Source: Eledone cirrhosa (taxonomy: Eukaryota). Taken from it: a DNA stretch of 64,000 nt. Shown in pieces: positions 49,914-61,680 of the stretch. The DNA lies in the NCBI GenBank assembly GCA_964016885.1, contig CAXHJY010000096.1, forward strand, positions 1,984,001-2,048,000, read 5' to 3'. Below the pieces are notes generated by a model, which was not told the origin of the DNA, searched no databases, and saw nothing but the letters and a program-made list of their open reading frames with translations. Position 1 is the first letter of the stretch. The number at the start of each line of letters is the position of its first letter. Position numbers and translations under genes: made by a program.

Positions 49914-51069
49914 CAGGGGGAGATAATTTGTAAAAAAAATCATGGAGAGATAATTTCCAGCCGTCCAAGGGGAGATAATTTCCAGCCTTCCAAGGAGACA
50001 TATTTTCCAGCCGTCCAAGGCGAGGTAATTTCTAGCCGTCCAAGGGGAGATAAATTCCAGCCTCCAAGGGGAGATAATTTCCAGCCAGCCAAGTGGAGAT
50101 AATTTGTAAAAAAATCAGGGGGAGATAATTTGTAAAAAATATCAGGGAGATAATTTGTAAAAAAAAAATCAGGGGGAGATAATTTGTAAAAAAAATCAGG
50201 GGGAGATAATTTGTAAAAAAAAATCAGGGGGAGATAATTTGTAAAAAAAATCAAGGGGAGATAATTTCCAGCCGTCCAAGGGGAGATAATTTTCAGCCGT
50301 CCAAGGGGAGATAATTTCCCGCCAGCCAAGGGAAGATAATATTTAAAAAAATCAGGCGGAGATAATTTGTAAAAAAAATCAGGGGGAGATAATTTGTAAA
50401 AAAATCAGGGGAGATAATTTGTAAAAAAAAAATCAGGGGGAGATAATTTGTAAAAAAAATCAGGGGGAGATAATTTGTAAAAAAAAATCAGGGGTAGATA
50501 ATTTGTAAACAAAAATCAGGGGGAGATAATTTGTAAAAAAAAATCAGGGGGAGATAATTTGTAAAAAAAATGAAAGGGGAGATAATATCCAGCCGTCCAA
50601 GGGGAGATAATTTCCAGCCGTCCAAGGAGACATATTTTCCAGCCGTCCAAGGAGAGGTAATTCCTAGCCGTCCAAGGGGAGATAAATTCCAGCCTCCAAG
50701 GGGAGATAATTTGTAAAAAAAATCAGGGGGAGATAATTTGTAAAAAAAATCAGGGGGAGATAATTTGTAAAAAAAATCAGGGGGAGATAATTTGTAAAAA
50801 AAAATCAGGGGTAGATAATTTGTAAAAAATAATCAGGGGGAGATAATTTGTAAAAAAAATCAAGGGGAGATAATTTCCAGCCGTCCAAGGGGAGATAATT
50901 TTCAGCCGTCCAAGGGGAGATAATTTCCCGCCAGCCAAGGGAAGATAATATTTGAAAAAATCAGGCGGAGATAATTTGTAAAAAAAATCAGGGGGAGATA
51001 ATTTGTAAAAAAATCAGGGGGAGATAATTTGTAAAAAAAAAATCATGGGGAGATAATTTGTAAAAAAAA

Positions 51070-54000
51070 TCAGGGGGAGATAATTTGTAAAAAAAAATCA
51101 GGGGTAGATAAATTGTAAAAAAAAATCAGGGGGAGATAATTTGTAAAAAAAATCAGGGGGAGATAATTTGTAAAAAAAATGAAAGGGGAGATAATATCCA
51201 GCCGTCCAAGGGGAGATAATTTCCAGCCGTCCAAGGGGAGATAATTTCCAGCCGTCCAAGGGGAGATAATTTCCATCCTTCCAAGGGGATATAATTTCCA
51301 GCCGTCCAAGGGGAGATAATTTCCCGCCAGCCAAGGGAAGATAATTTTTAAAAAAATCAGGCGGAGATTGTAAAAAAAATCAGGGGGGAGATAATTTGTA
51401 AAAAAATCAGGGGGAGATAATTTGTAAAAAAAAATCAGGGGGAGATAATTTGTAAAAAATAATCAGGGGGAGATAATTTGTAAAAAAAAATCAAGGGGAG
51501 ATAATTTCCAGCCGTCCAAGGGGAGGTAATATCTAGCCGTCCAAGGGGAGATAATTTCCAGCCGTCCAACGGGAGATAATTTCCAGCCGTCCATGGGTAG
51601 ATAATATCCAGCCGCCCAAGGACATATTTTCCAGCCGTCCAAGGAGAGGTAATTTCTAGCCGTCCAAGGGGAGATAATTACAGCCGTCCAAGGGTAGATA
51701 ATATCCAGCCGTCCAAGGACATATTTTCCAGCCGTCCAAGGAGAGGTAATTTCTAGCCGTCCAAGGGGAGATAAATTCCAGCCTCCAAGGGGAGATAATT
51801 TCCAGCCAGCCAAGGGGAGATAATTTGTAAAAAAATCAGGGGGAGATAATTTGTAAAAAAAATCAGGGGGAGATAATTTGTAAAAAAAAATCAGGGGGAG
51901 ATAATTTGTAAAAAAAAATCAGGGGGAGATAATTTGCAAAAAAAATCAGGGGGAGATAATTTGTAAAAAAAAATCAGGGGTAGATAATTTGTAAAAAAAA
52001 ATCAGGGGGAGATAATTTGTAAAAAAAAATCAGGGGGAGATAATTTGTAAAAAAAATCAAGGGGAGATAATTTCCAGCCGTCCAAGGGAAGATAATTTCC
52101 AGCCCTCCAAGGGGCTATAATTTCCAGCGTCCAAGGGGAGATAATTTCCAGCCAGCGAAGGGGAGATAATTTTTTTTAAAAAATCATTGGGAGATTTGTA
52201 AAAAAAATCAGGGGGAGATAATTTGTAAAAAAAATCAAGGGGAGATAATTTCCAGCCGTCCAAGGGGAGGTAATATCTAGCCGTCCAAGGGGAGATAATT
52301 TCCAGCCGTCCAACGGGAGATAATTTCCAGCCGTCCATGGGTAGATAATATCCAGCCGCCCAAGGACATATTTTCCAGCCGTCCAAGGAGAGGTAATTTC
52401 TAGCCGTCCAAGGGGAGATAATTTCCAGCCGTCCAAGGGTAGATAATATCCAGCCGTCCAAGGACATATTTTCCAGCCGTCCAAGGAGAGGTAATTTCTA
52501 GCCGTCCAAGGGGAGATAAATTCCAGCCTCCAAGGGGAGATAATTTCCAGCCAGCCAAGGGGAGATAATTTGTAAAAAAATCAGGGGGAGATAATTTGTA
52601 AAAAAAATCAGGGGGAGATAATTTGTAAAAAAAAATCAGGGGGAGATAATTTGTAAAAAAAAATCAGGGGGAGATAATTTGTAAAAAAAAATCAGAGGGA
52701 GATAATTTGTAAAAAATAATCAGGGGGAGATAATTTGTAAAAAAAATCAAGGGGAGATAATTTCCAGCCGTCCAAGGGGAGATAATTTTCAGCCGTCCAA
52801 GGGGAGATAATTTCCCGCCAGCCAAGGGAAGATAATATTTAAAAAAATTAGGCGGAGATAATTTGTAAAAAAAATCAGGGGGAGATAATTTGTAAAAAAA
52901 TCAGGGGGAGATAATTTGTAAAAAAAATCAGGGGGAGATAATTTGTAAAAAAAAATCAGGGGTAGATAATTTGTAAAAAAAAATCAGGGGGAGATAATTT
53001 GTAAAAAAAATCAGGGGGAGATAATTTGTAAAAAAAATCAGGGGGAGATAATTTGTAAAAAAAAATCAGGGGTAGATAATTTGTAAAAAAAAATCAGGGG
53101 GAGATAATTTGTAAAAAAAATCAAGGGGAGATAATTTCCAGCCGTCCAAGGGAAGATAATTTCCAGCCCTCCAAGGGGCTATAATTTCCAGCGTCCAAGG
53201 GGAGATAATTTCCAGCCAGCGAAGGGGAGATAATTTTTTTTTCAAAATCATTGGGAGATTTGTAAAAAAAATCAGGGGGAGATAATTTGTAAAAAAAATC
53301 AAGGGGAGATAATTTCCAGCCGTCCAAGGGGAGGTAATATCTAGCCGTCCAAGGGGAGATAATTTCCAGCCGTCCAAGGGTAGATAATATCCAGCCGTCC
53401 AAGGACATATTTTCCAGCCGTCCAAGGAGAGGTAATTTCTAGCCGTCCAAGGGGAGATAAATTCCAGCCTCCAAGGGGAGATAATTTCCAGCCAGCCAAG
53501 GGGAGATAATTTGTAAAAAAATCAGGGGGAGATAATTTGTAAAAAAAATCAGGGGGAGATAATTTGTAAAAAAAAATCAGGGGGAGATAATTTGTAAAAA
53601 AAAATCAGGGGGAGATAATTTGTAAAAAAAATCAGGGGGAGATAATTTGTAAAAAAAATCAAGGGGAGATCATTTCCAGCCGTCCAAGGGAGATAATTTT
53701 CAGCCGTCCAAGGGGAGATAATTTCCCGCCAGCCAAGGGAAGATAATATTTAAAAAAATCAGGCGGAGATAATTTGTAAAAAAAATCAGGGGGAGATAAT
53801 TTGTAAAAAAATCAGGGGGAGATAATTTGTAAAAGAAAAATCAGGGGGAGATAATTTGTAAAAAAAATCAGGGGGAGATAATTTGTAAAAAAAAATCAGG
53901 GGTAGATAATTTGTAAAAAAAAATCAGGGGGAGATAATTTGTAAAAAAAATCAGAGGGAGATAATTTGTAAAAAAAATGAAAGGGGAGATAATATCCAGC

Positions 54001-57000
54001 CGTCCAAGGGGAGATAATTTCCAGCCGTCCAAGGGGAGATAATTTCCAGCCGTCCAAGGGGAGATAATTTCCATCCTTCCAAGGGGATATAATTTCCAGC
54101 CGTCCAAGGGGAGATAATTTCCCGCCAGCCAAGGGAAGATAATTTTTAAAAAAATCAGGCGGAGATTGTAAAAAAAATCAGGGGGGAGATAATTTGTAAA
54201 AAAATCAGGGGGAGATAATTTGTAAAAAAAAATCAGGGGGAGATAATTTGTAAAAAATAATCAGGGGGAGATAATTTGTAAAAAAAAATCAAGGGGAGAT
54301 AATTTCCAGCCGTCCAAGGGGAGATAATTTCCCGCCAGCCAAGGGAAGATAATATTTAAAAAAATTAGGCGGAGATAATTTGTAAAAAAAATCAGGGGGA
54401 GATAATTTGTAAAGAAATCAGGGGGAGATAATTTGTAAAAAAAATCATGGGGAGATAATTTGTAAAAAAAAATCAGGGGTAGATAATTTGTAAAAAAAAA
54501 TCAGGGGGAGATAATTTGTAAAAAAAAATCAGGGGGAGATAATTTCTAAAAAAAATCAAGGGGAGATAATTTCCAGCCGTCCAAGGGGAGGTAATTTCCA
54601 GCCGTCCAAGGGGAGATAATTTTAAAAAAAAAATCAGGCGGAGATAATTTGTAAAAAAAATCAAGGGGAGATACTTTGCAGCCGTCCAAGGGGAGATAAT
54701 TTTCAGTCGTCCAAGGAGAGGTAATTTCTAGCCGTCCAAGGGGAGATAATTTCCAGCCGTCCAAGGGGAGATAATTTCCAGCCGTCCAAGGGGAGATAAT
54801 TTTTTTTTAAAAATCAGGCGGAGATAATTTGTAAAAAAAATCAGGGGGAGATAATTTGTAAACAAAATCAGGGGGAGATAATTTGTAAAAAAAAATCAGG
54901 GGGAGATAATTTGTAAAAAAAATCAAGGAGAGATAATTTCCAGCCGTCCAAGGGAAGATAATTTCCAGCCGTCCAAGGAGACATATTTTCCAGCCGTCCA
55001 AGGCGAGGTAATTTCTAGCCGTCCAAGGGGAGATAAATTCCAGCCTCCAAGGGGAGATAATTTCCAGCCAGCCAAGGCGAGATAATTTGTAAAAAAAAAT
55101 CAGGGGGAGATAATTTGTAAAAAAAATCAGGGGGAGATAATTTGTAAAAAAAAATCAGGGGGAGATAATTTGTAAAAAAAATCAAGGGGAGATAATTTCC
55201 AGCCGTCCAAGGGGAGATAATTTTCAGCCGTCCAAGGAGAGGTAATTTCTAGCCGTCCGAGGAGAGATAATTTCCAGCCGTCCAAGGGGAGATAATTTCC
55301 ATCCTTCCAAGGGGATATAATTTCCAGCCGTCCAAGGGGAGATAATTTCCATCCTTCCAAGGGGATATAATTTCCAGCCGTCCAAGGGGAGATAATTTTC
55401 AGCCGTCCAAGGAGAGGTAATTTCTAGCCGTCCAAGGAGAGATAATTTCCAGCCGTCCAAGGGGAGATAATTTCCAGCCGTCCAAGGGGAGATAATTTCC
55501 AGCCGTCCAAGGAGACATATTTTCCAGCCGTCCAAGGAGAGGTAATTCCTAGCCGTCCAAGGGGAGATAAATTCCAGCCTCCAAGGGGAGATAATTTCCA
55601 GCCAGCCAAGGGGAGATAATTTGTAAAAAAAATCAGGGGGAGATAATTTGTAAAAAAAATCAGGGGGAGATAATTTGTAAAAAAAAATCAGGGGGAGATA
55701 ATTTGTAAAAAATAATCAGGGGGAGATAATTTGTAAAAAAAATCAAGGGGAGATAATTTCCAGCCGTCCAAGGGGAGATAATTTTCAGCCGTCCAAGGGG
55801 AGATAATTTCCCGCCAGCCAAGGGAAGATAATATTTAAAAAAATTAGGCGGAGATAATTTGTAAAAAAAATCAGGGGGAGATAATTTGTAAAAAAATCAG
55901 GGGGAGATAATTTGTAAAAAAAATCAGGGGGGAGATAATTTGTAAAAAAATCAGGGGGAGATAATTTGTAAAAAATAATCAGGGGGAGATAATTTGTAAA
56001 AAAATTCAAGGGGAGATAATTTCCAGCCGTCCAAGGGGAGATAATTTCCCGCCAGCCAAGGGAAGATAATATTTAAAAAAATTAGGCGGAGATAATTTGT
56101 AAAAAAAATCAGGGGGAGATAATTTGTAATAAAATCAGGGGGAGATAATTTGTAAAAAAAATCAGGGGGAGATAATTTGTAAAAAAAATCATGGGGAGAT
56201 AATTTGTAAAAAAAAATCAGGGGTAGATAATTTGTAAAAAAAAATCAGGGGGAGATAATTTGTAAAAAAAAATCAGGGGGAGATAATTTGTAAAAAAAAT
56301 CAAGGGGAGATAATATCCAGCCGTCCAAGGAGAGATAATTTTAAAAAAAAATGAGGCGGAGATAATTTGTAAAAAAAAATCAGGGGGAGATAATTTGTAA
56401 AAAAAAATCAGGGGTAGATAAATTGTAAAAAAAAATCAGGGGGAGATAATTTGTAAAAAAAATCAGGGGGAGATAATTTGTAAAAAAAATGAAAGGGGAG
56501 ATAATATCCAGCCGTCCAAGGGGAGATAATTTCCAGCCGTCCAAGGGGAGATAATTTCCAGCCGTCCAAGGGGAGATAATTTCCATCCTTCCAAGGGGAT
56601 ATAATTTCCAGCCGTCCAAGGGGAGATAATTTCCCGCCAGCCAAGGGAAGATAATTTTTAAAAAAATCAGGCGGAGATTGTAAAAAAAATCAGGGGGGAG
56701 ATAATTTGTAAAAAAATCAGGGGGAGATAATTTGTAAAAAAAAATCAGGGGGAGATAATTTGTAAAAAATAATCAGGGGGAGATAATTTGTAAAAAAAAA
56801 TCAAGGGGAGATAATTTCCAGCCGTCCAAGGGGAGGTAATATCTAGCCGTCCAAGGGGAGATAATTTCCAGCCGTCCAACGGGAGATAATTTCCAGCCGT
56901 CCATGGGTAGATAATATCCAGCCGCCCAAGGACATATTTTCCAGCCGTCCAAGGAGAGGTAATTTCTAGCCGTCCAAGGGGAGATAATTACAGCCGTCCA

Positions 57001-60000
57001 AGGGTAGATAATATCCAGCCGTCCAAGGACATATTTTCCAGCCGTCCAAGGAGAGGTAATTTCTAGCCGTCCAAGGGGAGATAAATTCCAGCCTCCAAGG
57101 GAAGATAATTTCCAGCCAGCCAAGGGGAGATAATTTGTAAAAAAATCAGGGGGAGATAATTTGTAAAAAAAATCAGGGGGAGATAATTTGTAAAAAAAAA
57201 TCAGGGGGAGATAATTTGTAAAAAAAAATCAGGGGGAGATAATTTGCAAAAAAAATCAGGGGGAGATAATTTGTAAAAAAAAATCAGGGGTAGATAATTT
57301 GTAAAAAAAAATCAGGGGGAGATAATTTGTAAAAAAAAATCAGGGGGAGATAATTTGTAAAAAAAATCAAGGGGAGATAATTTCCAGCCGTCCAAGGGAA
57401 GATAATTTCCAGCCCTCCAAGGGGCTATAATTTCCAGCGTCCAAGGGGAGATAATTTCCAGCCAGCGAAGGGGAGATAATTTTTTTTAAAAAATCATTGG
57501 GAGATTTGTAAAAAAAATCAGGGGGAGATAATTTGTAAAAAAAATCAAGGGGAGATAATTTCCAGCCGTCCAAGGGGAGGTAATATCTAGCCGTCCAAGG
57601 GGAGATAATTTCCAGCCGTCCAACGGGAGATAATTTCCAGCCGTCCATGGGTAGATAATATCCAGCCGCCCAAGGACATATTTTCCAGCCGTCCAAGGAG
57701 AGGTAATTTCTAGCCGTCCAAGGGGAGATAATTTCCAGCCGTCCAAGGGTAGATAATATCCAGCCGTCCAAGGACATATTTTCCAGCCGTCCAAGGAGAG
57801 GTAATTTCTAGCCGTCCAAGGGGAGATAAATTCCAGCCTCCAAGGGGAGATAATTTCCAGCCAGCCAAGGGGAGATAATTTGTAAAAAAATCAGGGGGAG
57901 ATAATTTGTAAAAAAAATCAGGGGGAGATAATTTGTAAAAAAAAATCAGGGGGAGATAATTTGTAAAAAAAAATCAGGGGGAGATAATTTGTAAAAAAAA
58001 ATCAGAGGGAGATAATTTGTAAAAAATAATCAGGGGGAGATAATTTGTAAAAAAAATCAAGGGGAGATAATTTCCAGCCGTCCAAGGGGAGATAATTTTC
58101 AGCCGTCCAAGGGGAGATAATTTCCCGCCAGCCAAGGGAAGATAATATTTAAAAAAATTAGGCGGAGATAATTTGTAAAAAAAATCAGGGGGAGATAATT
58201 TGTAAAAAAATCAGGGGGAGATAATTTGTAAAAAAAATCAGGGGGAGATAATTTGTAAAAAAAAATCAGGGGTAGATAATTTGTAAAAAAAAATCAGGGG
58301 GAGATAATTTGTAAAAAAAATCAGGGGGAGATAATTTGTAAAAAAAATCAGGGGGAGATAATTTGTAAAAAAAAATCAGGGGTAGATAATTTGTAAAAAA
58401 AAATCAGGGGGAGATAATTTGTAAAAAAAATCAAGGGGAGATAATTTCCAGCCGTCCAAGGGAAGATAATTTCCAGCCCTCCAAGGGGCTATAATTTCCA
58501 GCGTCCAAGGGGAGATAATTTCCAGCCAGCGAAGGGGAGATAATTTTTTTTTCAAAATCATTGGGAGATTTGTAAAAAAAATCAGGGGGAGATAATTTGT
58601 AAAAAAAATCAAGGGGAGATAATTTCCAGCCGTCCAAGGGGAGGTAATATCTAGCCGTCCAAGGGGAGATAATTTCCAGCCGTCCAAGGGTAGATAATAT
58701 CCAGCCGTCCAAGGACATATTTTCCAGCCGTCCAAGGAGAGGTAATTTCTAGCCGTCCAAGGGGAGATAAATTCCAGCCTCCAAGGGGAGATAATTTCCA
58801 GCCAGCCAAGGGGAGATAATTTGTAAAAAAATCAGGGGGAGATAATTTGTAAAAAAAATCAGGGGGAGATAATTTGTAAAAAAAAATCAGGGGGAGATAA
58901 TTTGTAAAAAAAAATCAGGGGGAGATAATTTGTAAAAAAAATCAGGGGGAGATAATTTGTAAAAAAAATCAAGGGGAGATCATTTCCAGCCGTCCAAGGG
59001 AGATAATTTTCAGCCGTCCAAGGGGAGATAATTTCCCGCCAGCCAAGGGAAGATAATATTTAAAAAAATCAGGCGGAGATAATTTGTAAAAAAAATCAGG
59101 GGGAGATAATTTGTAAAAAAATCAGGGGGAGATAATTTGTAAAAGAAAAATCAGGGGGAGATAATTTGTAAAAAAAATCAGGGGGAGATAATTTGTAAAA
59201 AAAAATCAGGGGTAGATAATTTGTAAAAAAAAATCAGGGGGAGATAATTTGTAAAAAAAATCAGAGGGAGATAATTTGTAAAAAAAATGAAAGGGGAGAT
59301 AATATCCAGCCGTCCAAGGGGAGATAATTTCCAGCCGTCCAAGGGGAGATAATTTCCAGCCGTCCAAGGGGAGATAATTTCCATCCTTCCAAGGGGATAT
59401 AATTTCCAGCCGTCCAAGGGGAGATAATTTCCCGCCAGCCAAGGGAAGATAATTTTTAAAAAAATCAGGCGGAGATTGTAAAAAAAATCAGGGGGGAGAT
59501 AATTTGTAAAAAAATCAGGGGGAGATAATTTGTAAAAAAAAATCAGGGGGAGATAATTTGTAAAAAATAATCAGGGGGAGATAATTTGTAAAAAAAAATC
59601 AAGGGGAGATAATTTCCAGCCGTCCAAGGGGAGATAATTTCCCGCCAGCCAAGGGAAGATAATATTTAAAAAAATTAGGCGGAGATAATTTGTAAAAAAA
59701 ATCAGGGGGAGATAATTTGTAAAGAAATCAGGGGGAGATAATTTGTAAAAAAAATCATGGGGAGATAATTTGTAAAAAAAAATCAGGGGTAGATAATTTG
59801 TAAAAAAAAATCAGGGGGAGATAATTTGTAAAAAAAAATCAGGGGGAGATAATTTCTAAAAAAAATCAAGGGGAGATAATTTCCAGCCGTCCAAGGGGAG
59901 GTAATTTCCAGCCGTCCAAGGGGAGATAATTTTAAAAAAAAAATCAGGCGGAGATAATTTGTAAAAAAAATCAAGGGGAGATACTTTGCAGCCGTCCAAG

Positions 60001-61680
60001 GGGAGATAATTTTCAGTCGTCCAAGGAGAGGTAATTTCTAGCCGTCCAAGGGGAGATAATTTCCAGCCGTCCAAGGGGAGATAATTTCCAGCCGTCCAAG
60101 GGGAGATAATTTTTTTTTAAAAATCAGGCGGAGATAATTTGTAAAAAAAATCAGGGGGAGATAATTTGTAAACAAAATCAGGGGGAGATAATTTGTAAAA
60201 AAAAATCAGGGGGAGATAATTTGTAAAAAAAATCAAGGAGAGATAATTTCCAGCCGTCCAAGGGAAGATAATTTCCAGCCGTCCAAGGAGACATATTTTC
60301 CAGCCGTCCAAGGCGAGGTAATTTCTAGCCGTCCAAGGGGAGATAAATTCCAGCCTCCAAGGGGAGATAATTTCCAGCCAGCCAAGGCGAGATAATTTGT
60401 AAAAAAAAATCAGGGGGAGATAATTTGTAAAAAAAATCAGGGGGAGATAATTTGTAAAAAAAAATCAGGGGGAGATAATTTGTAAAAAAAATCAAGGGGA
60501 GATAATTTCCAGCCGTCCAAGGGGAGATAATTTTCAGCCGTCCAAGGAGAGGTAATTTCTAGCCGTCCGAGGAGAGATAATTTCCAGCCGTCCAAGGGGA
60601 GATAATTTCCATCCTTCCAAGGGGATATAATTTCCAGCCGTCCAAGGGGAGATAATTTCCATCCTTCCAAGGGGATATAATTTCCAGCCGTCCAAGGGGA
60701 GATAATTTTCAGCCGTCCAAGGAGAGGTAATTTCTAGCCGTCCAAGGAGAGATAATTTCCAGCCGTCCAAGGGGAGATAATTTCCAGCCGTCCAAGGGGA
60801 GATAATTTCCAGCCGTCCAAGGAGACATATTTTCCAGCCGTCCAAGGAGAGGTAATTCCTAGCCGTCCAAGGGGAGATAAATTCCAGCCTCCAAGGGGAG
60901 ATAATTTCCAGCCAGCCAAGGGGAGATAATTTGTAAAAAAAATCAGGGGGAGATAATTTGTAAAAAAAATCAGGGGGAGATAATTTGTAAAAAAAAATCA
61001 GGGGGAGATAATTTGTAAAAAATAATCAGGGGGAGATAATTTGTAAAAAAAATCAAGGGGAGATAATTTCCAGCCGTCCAAGGGGAGATAATTTTCAGCC
61101 GTCCAAGGGGAGATAATTTCCCGCCAGCCAAGGGAAGATAATATTTAAAAAAATTAGGCGGAGATAATTTGTAAAAAAAATCAGGGGGAGATAATTTGTA
61201 AAAAAATCAGGGGGAGATAATTTGTAAAAAAAATCAGGGGGGAGATAATTTGTAAAAAAATCAGGGGGAGATAATTTGTAAAAAATAATCAGGGGGAGAT
61301 AATTTGTAAAAAAATTCAAGGGGAGATAATTTCCAGCCGTCCAAGGGGAGATAATTTCCCGCCAGCCAAGGGAAGATAATATTTAAAAAAATTAGGCGGA
61401 GATAATTTGTAAAAAAAATCAGGGGGAGATAATTTGTAATAAAATCAGGGGGAGATAATTTGTAAAAAAAATCAGGGGGAGATAATTTGTAAAAAAAATC
61501 ATGGGGAGATAATTTGTAAAAAAAAATCAGGGGTAGATAATTTGTAAAAAAAAATCAGGGGGAGATAATTTGTAAAAAAAAATCAGGGGGAGATAATTTG
61601 TAAAAAAAATCAAGGGGAGATAATATCCAGCCGTCCAAGGAGAGATAATTTTAAAAAAAAATGAGGCGGAGATAATTTGT
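51070..61680 (+). repeat. HOR domain 4, tandem duplication of 5,310 bp (2 copies)
   Basis: ORF offsets 51070/56380, 51463/56773, 52057/57367, 53066/58376, 53868/59178, 54473/59783, 55127/60437 and 55785/61095 are all exactly 5310. Confidence 0.95.

Larger units (their letters stand above)
38520..52680 (+). repeat. HOR domain 3, period 6,176-6,177 bp (about 2.3 copies)
   Basis: ORF offsets 38717/44893/51070, 39110/45286/51463, 39704/45880/52057, 40983/47160, 42319/48496 and 42768/48945 are all 6176-6177. The marker ATATTTGAAAAAATC has its G at 38601, 44777 and 50954. Confidence 0.95.
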
